Shown: positions 37,174 to 47,214 of the stretch, in pieces
How the letters are laid out: every line of letters starts with the position of its first letter
Position numbering within the stretch: position 1 is the stretch's first letter
NCBI GenBank assembly: GCA_963716175.1
Contig: OY970296.1
Location: 1,504,001 to 1,568,000, forward strand
From: an uncultured Armatimonadetes bacterium
GTDB taxonomy: Bacteria > Armatimonadota > Hebobacteria > Hebobacterales > Hebobacteraceae
Length of the DNA stretch: 64,000 nucleotides
Direction of reading: 5' to 3'
Notes under the pieces: generated by a model
The model's input: only the letters and a program-made list of their open reading frames with translations
What the model was told of the DNA's origin: nothing
The model's database searches: none
Position numbers and translations under genes: made by a program

Positions 37174-40155
37174 ATGCCATTGGCCCAGAGATTGCGGATC
37201 GAGAAGCGTAACGGGTATGTGCTGGCGGTGGACCCGGCCGCCCCTTCCTGGATCGCCACCAACGACGACGGCGCCTGGGTGCTGCGCCAGCTTCGCGCTG
37301 GCACCCCCAGGGATGACATCAGCTATCGCTTTGCCAGGCGAGTGGGTGTGAGTCTGGCTCGCGCCCTGCAGCTGGTGGCGCCTTTCGCAGATGAGGTCGC
37401 CGAGTTCGCTTCCCCCGCGAACCGTCCCCCCTACGGCGGGCGGGCGAGCTATCTGCAGCCCGACCGGCTGAAGGAGGTGTGGCTGCACCTCACCGATCGC
37501 TGCAACCTCGCCTGCCGCCACTGCCTGGTGTCATCCGGGCCGAGCCGGGAGGATGGCATCCCGACCGAGCCTGTCCGCGGCTGGCTGCGCCAGGCCTGTG
37601 ACCTGGGGGTGGACACTTTTTACTTCACGGGCGGCGAGCCCTGGCTGCGGCCGGACTTGCCGGACCTGCTGCGCGAGGTGACCGTGGGTTACGGCGCCAC
37701 CGCGGTGGTGCTAACCAATGGTTGCTTGCTGGATGAGGAGCTGACCGCCCGCTTGTCCGCCCTGCCGCGGGAGCGGCTCTTCCTCCAGATCAGCCTGGAC
37801 GGATCCACGCCCGCGCGCAACGACTGGCTGCGCTCCCGGGGCAGCTTCGAGGGCGCGGTGGGAGCCCTGAGGCGAGCGGTGCAGTGCGGCATCAATGTTA
37901 CCGCAGCCACCGTGGTGCTGAGGCGCAATCTCGACGATCTCATCCCTCTCGCGCGGCTGGTGCGCGGGCTGGGGGTGAAGCAGCTCCACCTGATGTGGCA
38001 GCAGGCCCGCGAGCGCGGCGCCCGGCTGCGGCCGCCCTCGCTGCGCAGTCTACAGGCCGCCATGGCCGCCCTGATGGTGGAGGCCGACGAGCTCGGCCTG
38101 GTGATCGATAATGTCGAGAACATCCGCCGCACGGTGAATGGCGATCCCAATATCAAGTACGACCTATCGAATGCTTGCTGGGACAGCCTGGCGATCTACC
38201 GCGACGGCCGGGTGTTTCCTTCCGCCTGTCTGGTGGGCATTGACTCCGAGAGCGGGGGCTCGCTGCTGAGCGCTTCCTTGAAGGAAGTCTGGCTGGGCTC
38301 CGAGCGCTTCCACGACCGCCGCCTGAGAAGCGTGGTCAGTCTCCCCGGAGTGCAGGCCGACCCCTTCCTCTTCCTCCACGGCGGCGGCGATCCGGAGCAG
38401 GCCTTCTTCGCCTCCAATGGCAACGGCGGAGCCGCGCTCGATCCCTATCTGCCGCTGCATCGCATGTTGGTGCGAGCCGTGGTTGATCAGACCGCGGCCG
38501 CGCGGCAGGCGCTCATCGGTTCTCCCCCTGCGGGCCCGGTGGCCTTCCATCTCATGGGCGACGACGGCTACGGCTGCCCGCGGGAATCCGGCGCCCGCAA
38601 CGGAGGCGAGCACGCGGTTGATTTCGTGCACTCCAACTGCGTTCTCATCCAGGATGTGATCGCCAAAGCCAGGGCTCAGATCCGGCGCTACTACGGGGAG
38701 GCGGCGCGGGAGGTGAAGAGCGAGATCTGCTCACCCGTCGCCATCGAGCCCCGCTATCTCTCCCACATTCCGCGAGAAGTGATCGCCCGCTCCTATGGCT
38801 GCGGAAGCCCGGTGTTGCTGGCCGGCCTGCAGCCCGGCGAGACCGTGCTCGACCTGGGTTCTGGGGCCGGCCTGGAATGCTTCATCGCCGCCCGCTTGGT
38901 GGGAGCGGAGGGCGGCGTCATTGGCCTTGACATGACCCCGGAGATGGTGGAGTTCGCCGATGGCATGCGCCCTCGGGTGGCGGAACGGCTGGGCTATGGC
39001 AACGTCCGTTTCCAGCACGGCCTGCTGGAGGCCATCCCGTTGGCCGACGGGGAGGCGGACGCGGTCATCTCCAACTGCGTGATCAACCTCTCGCCTGAGA
39101 AGCTGCGAGTGCTAGCCGAGATCCGCCGGGTGCTGAAGCCCGGCGGGCGCATGGTGATCAGCGACATCGTCAGCGAGCGCGCCTTGCCTGCGCACCTTCG
39201 CTTCAACCCCAGGCTGCGCGGCGAGTGCATCGGCGGCGCGCTCACCGAGGCGAAGCTGCTTCGCCTGCTGGAGAAGCTCGGCTTCGTGGGCATCGAGGTG
39301 ACGGCGCGGGCGCCCTGGCGGACGGTGGGGGGAGTGTCATTTGACAGTGTCACCGTGCGGGCGTGGAAGCCCGATGGCAACGCGCCGCCAGTGGAGCTGC
39401 CCGGCCGGATTTCACTCATCTCCTCCTCCCCTTCTGCGGCGACGAAGCCGGCCGCGCAGCACCCCCAGGACTGCCTGGTATGCGGGGCTCCCCTTGACTA
39501 CTTGCTAGTCGAGCAGGCACTAGCTTGTCATTACTGCGGCCAGGTCACGGCTGCCAACGCCCGCTGCCGGGCGGGGCATTTCGTCTGCGACCAGTGCCAT
39601 ACCGGAGACCACCTCGCCTTCATCAAGTCCTTCTGTGCGCGCTCCAGCGAGACCGATCCGGTGGCGCTGTTCTCGGCGATGAGGCGGTCCACGCTGTTCC
39701 CGCTGCACGGCCCCGAGCACCACGCCCTGGTGCCGGCGGCGTTTCTGACGGCCTATCGCAATCTCTTCGGGGAGCCCTCCCAGGAGCGGATCGAGGCCGC
39801 CTTGGGCCGCGCCGCAAACATGCCGGGTGGAACCTGCGCCTATTGGGGGGCCTGTGCCGCCGGATTGGGCATCGGCATTGCTTACTCCGCCATCCTGGGC
39901 GCCACTCCCCTTTCCAGCGCGCCCCGGGGCACGGTGCAAATGGTAGTGAGTCGCCTGCTCGCCGAGTTCGGCCGCCTGCCTGCCCCCCGCTGCTGCCGGC
40001 GCGAGAGCTACCTCTCCCTTGGCCTCGGCTGCGAGCTGTCCGGCGACTACCTCCCTCACGCCCTGGCCGCCGGCCCCCTGCCGGCCTGCGATCAAACTGA
40101 GCTGAACCGCGAGTGCATCGGCCCGGCCTGCCCTCTCCATCCGGCGGTGTTGTAG
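37174..40155 (+). CDS. Radical SAM/SPASM + ArsM-like methyltransferase + DUF5714-like Cys-rich fusion
   Basis: CNLACRHC; SYGCGSP, LDLGSGAG, ISNCVINL; C-terminal CLVC..CHYC..C..GHFVCDQCH, HGPEHH, RCCRR. Confidence 0.85.
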   Translation: MPLAQRLRIEKRNGYVLAVDPAAPSWIATNDDGAWVLRQLRAGTPRDDISYRFARRVGVSLARALQLVAPFADEVAEFASPANRPPYGGRASYLQPDRLKEVWLHLTDRCNLACRHCLVSSGPSREDGIPTEPVRGWLRQACDLGVDTFYFTGGEPWLRPDLPDLLREVTVGYGATAVVLTNGCLLDEELTARLSALPRERLFLQISLDGSTPARNDWLRSRGSFEGAVGALRRAVQCGINVTAATVVLRRNLDDLIPLARLVRGLGVKQLHLMWQQARERGARLRPPSLRSLQAAMAALMVEADELGLVIDNVENIRRTVNGDPNIKYDLSNACWDSLAIYRDGRVFPSACLVGIDSESGGSLLSASLKEVWLGSERFHDRRLRSVVSLPGVQADPFLFLHGGGDPEQAFFASNGNGGAALDPYLPLHRMLVRAVVDQTAAARQALIGSPPAGPVAFHLMGDDGYGCPRESGARNGGEHAVDFVHSNCVLIQDVIAKARAQIRRYYGEAAREVKSEICSPVAIEPRYLSHIPREVIARSYGCGSPVLLAGLQPGETVLDLGSGAGLECFIAARLVGAEGGVIGLDMTPEMVEFADGMRPRVAERLGYGNVRFQHGLLEAIPLADGEADAVISNCVINLSPEKLRVLAEIRRVLKPGGRMVISDIVSERALPAHLRFNPRLRGECIGGALTEAKLLRLLEKLGFVGIEVTARAPWRTVGGVSFDSVTVRAWKPDGNAPPVELPGRISLISSSPSAATKPAAQHPQDCLVCGAPLDYLLVEQALACHYCGQVTAANARCRAGHFVCDQCHTGDHLAFIKSFCARSSETDPVALFSAMRRSTLFPLHGPEHHALVPAAFLTAYRNLFGEPSQERIEAALGRAANMPGGTCAYWGACAAGLGIGIAYSAILGATPLSSAPRGTVQMVVSRLLAEFGRLPAPRCCRRESYLSLGLGCELSGDYLPHALAAGPLPACDQTELNRECIGPACPLHPAVL

Positions 40156-40280
40156 GGCGGGTATCCTGCGAAGCCGCGGCGAAGTGGCTAGGTCGCCTAG
40201 AGCGACCGCCACGGCGGTGAGTACCTAGCCGCAGGATGCCCGCCGGCCGTCGCTACACTCTCGCGGCTGGAGGTAGAGCT

Positions 40281-40928
40281 ATGCTAGACGCACTGAAACA
40301 GCGGGTCTGCCATCTCAACCAGGAGTTGGAACGCCAGGGCCTGGTCACCATGACCAGCGGCAATGTGAGCGGCCGCGACCCCGAGACCAACCGCGTGGTC
40401 ATCAAGCCCAGCGGCGTCAGCTACCAGCACCTGACGCCCGATGACATGGTGGTGGTCTCACTTCAGGGCGAGGCGCTCGAGGGGAATCTCAAGCCCTCGG
40501 TTGACACCGCGACTCACCTCTACATCTACCGCCAGCGCCCCGATGTCCACGGCGTGGTTCACACCCACTCGAACTACGCCACCGCCTTCGCTGCCGTCGG
40601 CCAGAGCATTCCCTGCGCGCTCACCGCCATCGCCGACGAGTTCGGCGGCCCCATTCCCGTCGGCCCCTATGCCCCGATCGGCGAGGAGGACATCGGCAAG
40701 GCGATCGTGGATCACATCGGCAACTGCAAGGCCATCCTGATGAAGCAGCATGGGGCGTTCACCATCGGTGATTCCCCGGAGGCGGCGGTGAAAAGCGCGG
40801 TGATGCTGGAGGACGTCGCCCGCACTTGCTTCCTCGCCTTGCAGCTAGGCCATCTCACCGAGATCCCACCCGAGGAGGTCGCCCGCGCTCACCGGCGCTA
40901 CCGGGAGCGCTACGGCCAGAAACAGTGA
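40281..40928 (+). CDS. araD: Class II aldolase / L-ribulose-5-phosphate 4-epimerase family
   Basis: SGNVS, IKPSG, PSVDTATH, VHTHS, QHG. Confidence 0.75.
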   Translation: MLDALKQRVCHLNQELERQGLVTMTSGNVSGRDPETNRVVIKPSGVSYQHLTPDDMVVVSLQGEALEGNLKPSVDTATHLYIYRQRPDVHGVVHTHSNYATAFAAVGQSIPCALTAIADEFGGPIPVGPYAPIGEEDIGKAIVDHIGNCKAILMKQHGAFTIGDSPEAAVKSAVMLEDVARTCFLALQLGHLTEIPPEEVARAHRRYRERYGQKQ

Positions 40929-40998
40929 GGGGCAGGGAGAGAATCGAGAGCGGAGGGAGAACCCTCCGCTCTCGCATGCACCCAGCCTATCGCACTCC

Positions 40999-41196
40999 CT
41001 AGGCCCCTTCCTCTTCGGTCTCCTCACCCCGACGAATCAGGCTGCGCGCCTTCTCGGCGGCGACGTCCTTGACCTTCAGCGCCCCCTCCTTGACCCGCTC
41101 CCGCGTCTCCTCCCCGGCCTCGGGAGCGAAGATGATCCCCACGGCCGCGCCCACCAAGGCCCCTACCAGCAGCCCGGCCAGAAAATTGCCCTTCAT
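40999..41196 (-). CDS. YtxH-like protein
   Basis: FLAGLLVGALVGAAVGIIFAPEAGEETR. Confidence 0.8.
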   Translation of the reverse strand: MKGNFLAGLLVGALVGAAVGIIFAPEAGEETRERVKEGALKVKDVAAEKARSLIRRGEETEEEGA

Positions 41197-41558
41197 CGCG
41201 CCTCCTCCCCTTCTTGCTAGTGATAGCCCTTCACCCGTCCGCTGCCAGGGATGTTAGCTAGCTTGCCTGCTGCCGTCAATCCCTGCTGTCTCGGATATTC
41301 CACAATCCGGCCCGCCGCGCCCCGGCCTCACCATTGGCCTGCCAGCTATGATGGATTACGCTATCTACCATAGCTAGCAAGCGATAGGTAGAGGTAATCT
41401 CTTCCGCGTGTGGCGCCATTGCGGGGTTCAGTTGTGACTAGTTATAGCTTGGTTATAGTGCTTACTAGTGATTGATCGTAGCGCCCAGCACGCTCTCGCG
41501 GGGCTCAGCCAGGGCCTGCCCGGGGTTGCCCCAGGTCGTATCCAGCAGGAGCGTCGCC

Positions 41559-41587
41559 TTGACACGGCCGCCCGGCCAGCATAGAAT
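41559..41587 (+). promoter_or_regulatory. Sigma70-type promoter of parAB
   Basis: TTGACA-17 nt-TAGAAT. Confidence 0.75.
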
Positions 41588-41615
41588 GGCGCATCCTCGT
41601 CACCCTGGGGGCCGA

Positions 41616-42929
41616 GTGGGCCGCGTCATCGCAGTCGTCAACCAGAAAGGCGGCGTCGGCAAAACCACCACGGCCATCAACCTGGGGGCTTGCCTCGCAG
41701 CTCTCGGCCGGCGCGTCCTGCTGGTGGACATGGATCCTCAGGGAAATGCCACCAGCGGTCTGGGGATAGACAAGTCCGGAGTCGGGGCCACCGTCTACGA
41801 CTGCCTCCACGACAGTCGGCCCATCAGCGCCATCGCTGTTGACAGTTCTGTGGAGAACCTGTGGGTAGCGCCAGCAACGGTGGATCTGGCGGGCGCTGAA
41901 GTGGAACTGGTGAGCGCCCTGGCGCGGGAGACGCGACTGCGCGGCTGCGTAGCGCCGATCACCGATCAGTATGACTACCTGTTGCTGGACAGCCCTCCGT
42001 CCTTGGGCCTGCTCACAGTCAACTGTCTAGCCGCGGCCCAGTCCGTGCTCATCCCGATCCAATGCGAGTTCTATGCCCTGGAGGGGCTGACCCAACTCCG
42101 GCATACCCTGGGCCTGGTGGCGAGGATGCTGAACCCCCGGCTCGAGGTGCTCGGTGTGGTGCTGACCATGTTCGACAGCAGAACCCGGCTCTCGAGCGAG
42201 GTGGCGGACGAGGTGCGGCAGCACTTCCCGGGGCGGGTGTTCGGGGCGGTCATCCCGAGGAGCGTGAGATTGTCCGAGGCGCCCATCTATGGGAAGCCCA
42301 TTATCAGCTATGCGCCTGGCAGCCGTGGGGCGGAGGCCTATGCGGCCCTGGCGAGAGAGGTGGTGGCAATTGGAGAACCGCAGGGGGATCAGGTCGTTGA
42401 TACCGACCGGGATGCTGTCGGAGTTGGAGGGGGCGATAGAAGAGGTGCCGGTGGATCAGGTGGCGCCGAACCGGTTCCAGCCGCGGAAGCAGGCGCAAGA
42501 GGAGGGCCTGGCGGAACTGGTGGACTCGATCCGCACCCACGGGATTCTGCAGCCGCTGGTGGTGCGGCGGAGGGGGAGTGGGCTGGAGCTGATCGCCGGG
42601 GAGCGGAGGCTGGAGGCGGCCAAGCGGGCTGGACTGCAGCGGGTGCCGGTGGTGGTGCGGCAGGCGAGCGATCGAGAGATGGTGGAGCTGGCGCTGGTGG
42701 AGAATCTCCAGCGGGAGGACATCAACCCGATGGATGCGGCGGAGGCCTACGCGCGCCTGGTGAAGGAGTTCGGGTTGACGCAGGAGCAGGTGGCGGAGCG
42801 GGTGGGCAAGAGCAGGCCGGCGGTGGCGAACACCATCCGGCTGCTGAGCCTGCCGACCGCGATGCAGGAGAGCATCCGCCAGGGCAAGCTGGAGGAGGGG
42901 CACGGGAAGATCCTGGCTGGAGTCGCTGA
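41616..42929 (+). CDS. parA: ParA/Soj ATPase; conserved domain ends ~42375 but the frame has no stop until 42929
   Basis: NQKGGVGKTTT, DMDPQGNA, DSPPSLG, PIQCEFYALEG. Confidence 0.85.
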   Translation: MGRVIAVVNQKGGVGKTTTAINLGACLAALGRRVLLVDMDPQGNATSGLGIDKSGVGATVYDCLHDSRPISAIAVDSSVENLWVAPATVDLAGAEVELVSALARETRLRGCVAPITDQYDYLLLDSPPSLGLLTVNCLAAAQSVLIPIQCEFYALEGLTQLRHTLGLVARMLNPRLEVLGVVLTMFDSRTRLSSEVADEVRQHFPGRVFGAVIPRSVRLSEAPIYGKPIISYAPGSRGAEAYAALAREVVAIGEPQGDQVVDTDRDAVGVGGGDRRGAGGSGGAEPVPAAEAGARGGPGGTGGLDPHPRDSAAAGGAAEGEWAGADRRGAEAGGGQAGWTAAGAGGGAAGERSRDGGAGAGGESPAGGHQPDGCGGGLRAPGEGVRVDAGAGGGAGGQEQAGGGEHHPAAEPADRDAGEHPPGQAGGGAREDPGWSR

Positions 42930-43221
42930 TGACAGGGTGCGGCTGAGGCTATTTCGGCGCATTGTCAGAAGGGGGATTTCGGTCAAGGAGACGGCTAGTC
43001 TCGCCGCCAAGCTCACGGGGGGCAGTGTTCCACGTGGAACAATTTTAGGTGGGCCTAAATTTCCTCAGCTCGACCCGAACCTCCAGGCGCTCCAGGACCA
43101 GATGCAAGATCGCCTCAGCGCCCAGGTCCGCATCCGCCCCAAGGGCAAAGGCGGTACCGTCGAGATCGGCTACGCGGACGAAATCGAGCTGGACCGGATC
43201 TATTGGGAGGTGATGAGGTAG
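42370..43221 (+). CDS. parB: ParB/Spo0J
   Basis: PNRFQPRK, GILQPL, IAGERR, ENLQREDINP, VGKSRPAVAN; TTG start after GAGGTGG. Confidence 0.9.
   Translation: MENRRGIRSLIPTGMLSELEGAIEEVPVDQVAPNRFQPRKQAQEEGLAELVDSIRTHGILQPLVVRRRGSGLELIAGERRLEAAKRAGLQRVPVVVRQASDREMVELALVENLQREDINPMDAAEAYARLVKEFGLTQEQVAERVGKSRPAVANTIRLLSLPTAMQESIRQGKLEEGHGKILAGVADDRVRLRLFRRIVRRGISVKETASLAAKLTGGSVPRGTILGGPKFPQLDPNLQALQDQMQDRLSAQVRIRPKGKGGTVEIGYADEIELDRIYWEVMR
43026..43041. promoter_or_regulatory. parS: parS centromere site inside parB
   Basis: Perfect palindrome TGTTCCACGTGGAACA. Confidence 0.9.
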
Positions 43222-43441
43222 GCAGGGGCAGGAGCAAGTCGCCAGAGGCGACTGAAGCCCCTGCCCAACGGGGGGAATGATACCAAGATGAGGCTTGGTA
43301 GCTGTGCGAGCAGGCGCGACGGGGGTCAGGTGTGAGCACGGATTGGTCGGACGCGGCGATTGAGGAGCGTGCGGCGGGTGTGGCGGCCGAGATCAGAAAG
43401 GCCGCGCGTTCCGCTCGGAATGAGGCCGAACTTGCAGGCGG

Positions 43442-44452
43442 ATGCACCCGATGGTGTTGACCGTCCCGCTAAGCGAAGCTCCGTGGGCCGCTCGCTCACG
43501 GCGGGTAGTCCGAGCCGGCTGCGAAGCCATGGCCCTTGGAGTGCTGCTGGCACTGGTGGGAGGCTGCGGCAGATCGCCGAGTCGCCCGAAGCTCCTGACC
43601 CACGCCCCCACTGAAGAGCCGCAGCTCGTCGCCAAGCTTCAGGGCCAGGACCCGGACTTGCCCTATCCTCGCTCGCGGAGCCGGGAGGGACGTGCCAGGG
43701 CTACCGCGCTGCTGCCCCCAGGTTACAGAGTTCGCGCAACTGCCAAGGGGGATAGCGGCTGGGCCGTGGTGGGGAGCGACCGCGCCGACCGCGAAGACGG
43801 ACTCTGGCTGTTCGCGCTGGACTGGACTCCCCTGCGCAAGGTGACCGGGATACCGTCTGCTCCGTTCGGGCTCAGGCAGACGGTTGAGGTCGCCTGGGAC
43901 CCTCGGGGCCCGAGACTCGCGGTGCTGGTCCTGATAGGGGGAGGGGCCAGCGACATCGGGAACCGGGCCGTGCTGGGCGTGGTGGAACAGGCGCGGGCTA
44001 AGCTGGTGCCTATGTGGCACGACGGAAGGATAGTGCCGTTCATCTACACCCCGATGGAGCCTGCTCTGCTGTGGTCGCAGCGCGATCTGATAGCTGCGAT
44101 CAACGCGTCGCCGGACCTCATACTGATTCGCGTGGAAGGAGACAGCCGGGAAATCAGCATGGTGCGCATCCCATACCCCTGGCCCGGATACCTCCACGCC
44201 ATGCGCCGCGTCCTGGCGTCGCCTGACGGGCGCTACGTGGCCTTCGACCAGTGCGTCTTTGACTGGCGTCCCCCCAAGGCTGGCATCTGGTTGGCGGACT
44301 TCGCTACCGGGGAGGCGGCCGAGCTGACCTACGAGGAGGGAGCGGAGTATTACCACAGCCTGGTACGCTGGGAAGACTCAGAGACGCTGCTCGTCCGGGG
44401 CACGAGCAAGGCCGGGACTGCCGACCTGTACCGGGTCAGAGTAAGGCGATAG
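43442..44452 (+). CDS. Putative lipoprotein, beta-propeller (TolB-like)
   Basis: LLALVGGC lipobox; WDPRG and SPDGRYVAF repeats; start uncertain. Confidence 0.55.
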   Translation: MHPMVLTVPLSEAPWAARSRRVVRAGCEAMALGVLLALVGGCGRSPSRPKLLTHAPTEEPQLVAKLQGQDPDLPYPRSRSREGRARATALLPPGYRVRATAKGDSGWAVVGSDRADREDGLWLFALDWTPLRKVTGIPSAPFGLRQTVEVAWDPRGPRLAVLVLIGGGASDIGNRAVLGVVEQARAKLVPMWHDGRIVPFIYTPMEPALLWSQRDLIAAINASPDLILIRVEGDSREISMVRIPYPWPGYLHAMRRVLASPDGRYVAFDQCVFDWRPPKAGIWLADFATGEAAELTYEEGAEYYHSLVRWEDSETLLVRGTSKAGTADLYRVRVRR

Positions 44453-44931
44453 GGTGCGAACCCATCGTCTGCTCCCTCAGCTGCGATCACGGCCAGGCAG
44501 AGGTGAACTTGCATTCCTGCACAGCCAAATCGTGGGAGGCGGCGGAGGCATGTGGGGTGAAGGTGGCGGAGGAGCTGGAGGTGATTCAGAGGGCGCTGCG
44601 GGGTAGGAGGTAAGGTGCTCTGTGCGCCCGCCCCGCCCGTGCAACGTTGGGAGAGGCGGCGGTGGGTCTGGCGGTTCCCCCTGAGCTACGTGGGAATAGG
44701 TGCGTTAGGTTGGCCGGTCCCCTGGCGGGCGCACAGAGGGGGGATATCCTCGACAAAGTGCACTCCAGGGTGTAGCTCCTGGCAGGTGGCACAGCCAGTC
44801 GCCCCGAGGACGGGGCTGCCACAGGGCTGCGAGCCCCGGAGGCAGCTTCTGGGCAGGAGGCAAGTCGCCAGAAGCCACTGAAGCTCCTGCCCAACGGGCA
44901 CAGCGCGGATGGGGCGGGATGAATCCCGCCC

Positions 44932-47070
44932 TTACTCTCTGATTTGCGCGTCCAGGTTGGCTCGCAGGCTATCCCTCACTCGGCCCATGGCCTCTTCGAC
45001 CTCTTCGTCGGTGAGGGTGCGAGTGGGATGGCGGAAGGTGAGGGAGAAGGCGAGGTTGCGCTGGCCGGGGGCCAGCGGCGCGCCCTGGTAGGCGTCGAAG
45101 AGCACCAGGGACTCCAGCTCGGGGCCCGCGGTCTCCCGGATCAGCATCTCGGCCCGGCGAGCCGCCAGCTCACGAGAGACCAGGAAGGCGACATCCCGGG
45201 TGACCGCGGGGAAGCGGCTGACCGGCTGATAGTGGGGAAGGGCGACGTGCCTTCGCAGCAGCTCGAGATCAAGCTCAGCCACGTACACGGCATCTGGAAG
45301 GTCGTAAGCATCGCTCACCTTGTCGGTGACCTCCCCGAAGTAGCCGATCACGTCTTCCCCTAAGCTGACCTGCGCGGCCCGGCCTGGCCGCAGAGCGGGA
45401 TGGGAGCAAGGGGCGTAATCGCCCGGCGTTAGCGCCACGGCCTGGATGACGGCCTCGACCACTCCCTTGAGGGCATAGAAGTCCCAGCGCGCCGCGCCCT
45501 CCTTCGCCGCCCAGCGGCCCCGCGCCATGACGCCAGTGCCGGCCAGGCCGAGGTGTTGGGGCTGGTCGGGCAGCTCGCTGGGGCCGCGATTGAGGTAGAC
45601 CCGGCCCAGGTCGAAGAGGCTGGCATCGGGCACCCCGTGGCGGCGGTTGTGGCTGAGCACGTCGAGCAGCGAAGTCAACAGGGTGGTCCGAAGCTGGGAG
45701 CGGTCCACGGTCTTGGCGTTGCTGAGCACTACGGAGCTAGCAAGCGGGTGGTTGCTTGGCAGCCCAAGGCGAGCCCGCGCCTCGGGCGATTCCAGGCTGG
45801 AGGTGACGGCCTCGCTGAGGCCGAGGCCGCGCAGGAGGGCGCGCAGCTCCCGTTCCAGGGCGAGGTCGGCCGGCAGCCGGCCGACGCCGGACGGGGCCCT
45901 GGGGAGCGTCTCGGGAAGGTTGACGTAGTCATGGGCGCGCGCGACTTCCTCAATCAGGTCAGTCTCCTGTTTCAGGTCCTGGCGGAAGGTGGGGACGCGG
46001 ATGAGAAGGTGGGCAGGTCGCGGACCTGCCCTACCGGGAGCGGCCGGCGGTTGCGAACCTGTGCTACGAACGCCAAGGCCGAGGCGGCGGAGGTGGGAGG
46101 CGATCTCGTCGGCCGTCAGCTTCAGGCCCAGCAGTGCGTTACTGCGCTCGGGCCGGAGAGCGATTTCGGCCTCGGGGATGGGGTTGGGATAGGCGTCAAC
46201 CACGCCCTGGGCGATCTCGACCGGGCCCTGGTTGAACTCCGCGATCAGCTCGCAGGCGCGATCCAGGGCGAGAATGGTGCCGCCGGGATCAACCACGCGC
46301 TCGAAGCGGTAGGAGGCCTCGGTGCTCATCTGGAGGGACCTGGCGCCGCGGCGGATGGTGCGAGGGTCGAAGTGGGCGGATTCGAGCAGCACCTCGGTGG
46401 TGCCGTCGTGGATCTCGGTGCTGCTGCCGCCCATGATGCCGGCCAGGGCGATGGGGCCGCTGGGGTCTGCGATCAACAGGACCTGGGGAGTCAGCCCGCG
46501 CTCCTCCCCGTCAATGGTGACCAGGCGCTCGCCTGCCTCCGCGAGCCGGACGATGATGGTGGGGGTGGAGGCGCCGGGGGTGGCGCGCAGCAGGCGATAG
46601 TCGAAGGCGTGCAAAGGCTGGCCCAGCTCCAGCATCACCAGGTTGGTGGCATCCACTACGTTGTTGATGGGCCGCAGGCCGCACAGCTCCAGGCGGCGCT
46701 GCGCCCAGGGCGGGGAGGGGGCGATCTTCACCTGGCGGACGATGCGAGCCGAGTAGCGAGGGCAGAGGGCCGGGTCGGCGAGCACGATGCTGGCGAGCGC
46801 GGAGGCCGGAGGGCCGGTCTCAGCGGGGCAGGAGACGGGCTCTGGCGCGGCCAGGGGCCTGCGCAGGGCAGCGGCAAGCTCGCGCGCCACACCGACGAGA
46901 GAGAGGCAGTCGCCGCGGTTCGGTGTGACGGTGATGTTGAGCACCGGGGCGGCGGCCTCGCCCTCGATCGCCTCCACCTCGAGGCCGACGTTGGTGAGGA
47001 CGTCGGCCAGCTCCTTGAGCTGGAGGTTGTTGGGCACGCGTTCATTGAGCCAGTCTACGGGTAGGCGCAT
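44932..47070 (-). CDS. pheT: Phenylalanine-tRNA ligase beta subunit (short form lacking the B2 OB domain)
   Basis: TPNRGDCLS, RPINNVVD, GQPLHAFD, DLIEEVAR, SRFPAVTRD. Confidence 0.95.
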   Translation of the reverse strand: MRLPVDWLNERVPNNLQLKELADVLTNVGLEVEAIEGEAAAPVLNITVTPNRGDCLSLVGVARELAAALRRPLAAPEPVSCPAETGPPASALASIVLADPALCPRYSARIVRQVKIAPSPPWAQRRLELCGLRPINNVVDATNLVMLELGQPLHAFDYRLLRATPGASTPTIIVRLAEAGERLVTIDGEERGLTPQVLLIADPSGPIALAGIMGGSSTEIHDGTTEVLLESAHFDPRTIRRGARSLQMSTEASYRFERVVDPGGTILALDRACELIAEFNQGPVEIAQGVVDAYPNPIPEAEIALRPERSNALLGLKLTADEIASHLRRLGLGVRSTGSQPPAAPGRAGPRPAHLLIRVPTFRQDLKQETDLIEEVARAHDYVNLPETLPRAPSGVGRLPADLALERELRALLRGLGLSEAVTSSLESPEARARLGLPSNHPLASSVVLSNAKTVDRSQLRTTLLTSLLDVLSHNRRHGVPDASLFDLGRVYLNRGPSELPDQPQHLGLAGTGVMARGRWAAKEGAARWDFYALKGVVEAVIQAVALTPGDYAPCSHPALRPGRAAQVSLGEDVIGYFGEVTDKVSDAYDLPDAVYVAELDLELLRRHVALPHYQPVSRFPAVTRDVAFLVSRELAARRAEMLIRETAGPELESLVLFDAYQGAPLAPGQRNLAFSLTFRHPTRTLTDEEVEEAMGRVRDSLRANLDAQIRE

Positions 47071-47145
47071 GGTGTTAGCCTTTCATTGTCAACAACGACG
47101 GCCGGCGGGCATAGGAATGCCCGCCCTACAGGGGACAGAGGGCAA

Positions 47146-47200
47146 GTGGCTAAGCCTGCTTCGCAGGCCGCCACCCCGGCTGCCTCAGGCAGCCTAGGGG
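47146..47200. repeat. REP family D (GTGGCTAGGCCTGC..GCAGGCCGCCACCCCGGC..CCTAG)
   Basis: Copies at about 33449, 47146, 49405 and 56861. Confidence 0.8.
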
Positions 47201-47214
47201 CCCCTGCCCAACCT

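Noticed and set aside
41197-41560. oriC in the AT-richer gap upstream of parA
   Set aside because: Only one weak DnaA-box-like match (TATTCCACA) and no dnaA/dnaN nearby; parAB/parS suggest only origin proximity
44453-44930. Small ORFs between the lipoprotein gene and pheT
   Set aside because: Short, conflicting frames, partly REP-derived; no supportable product
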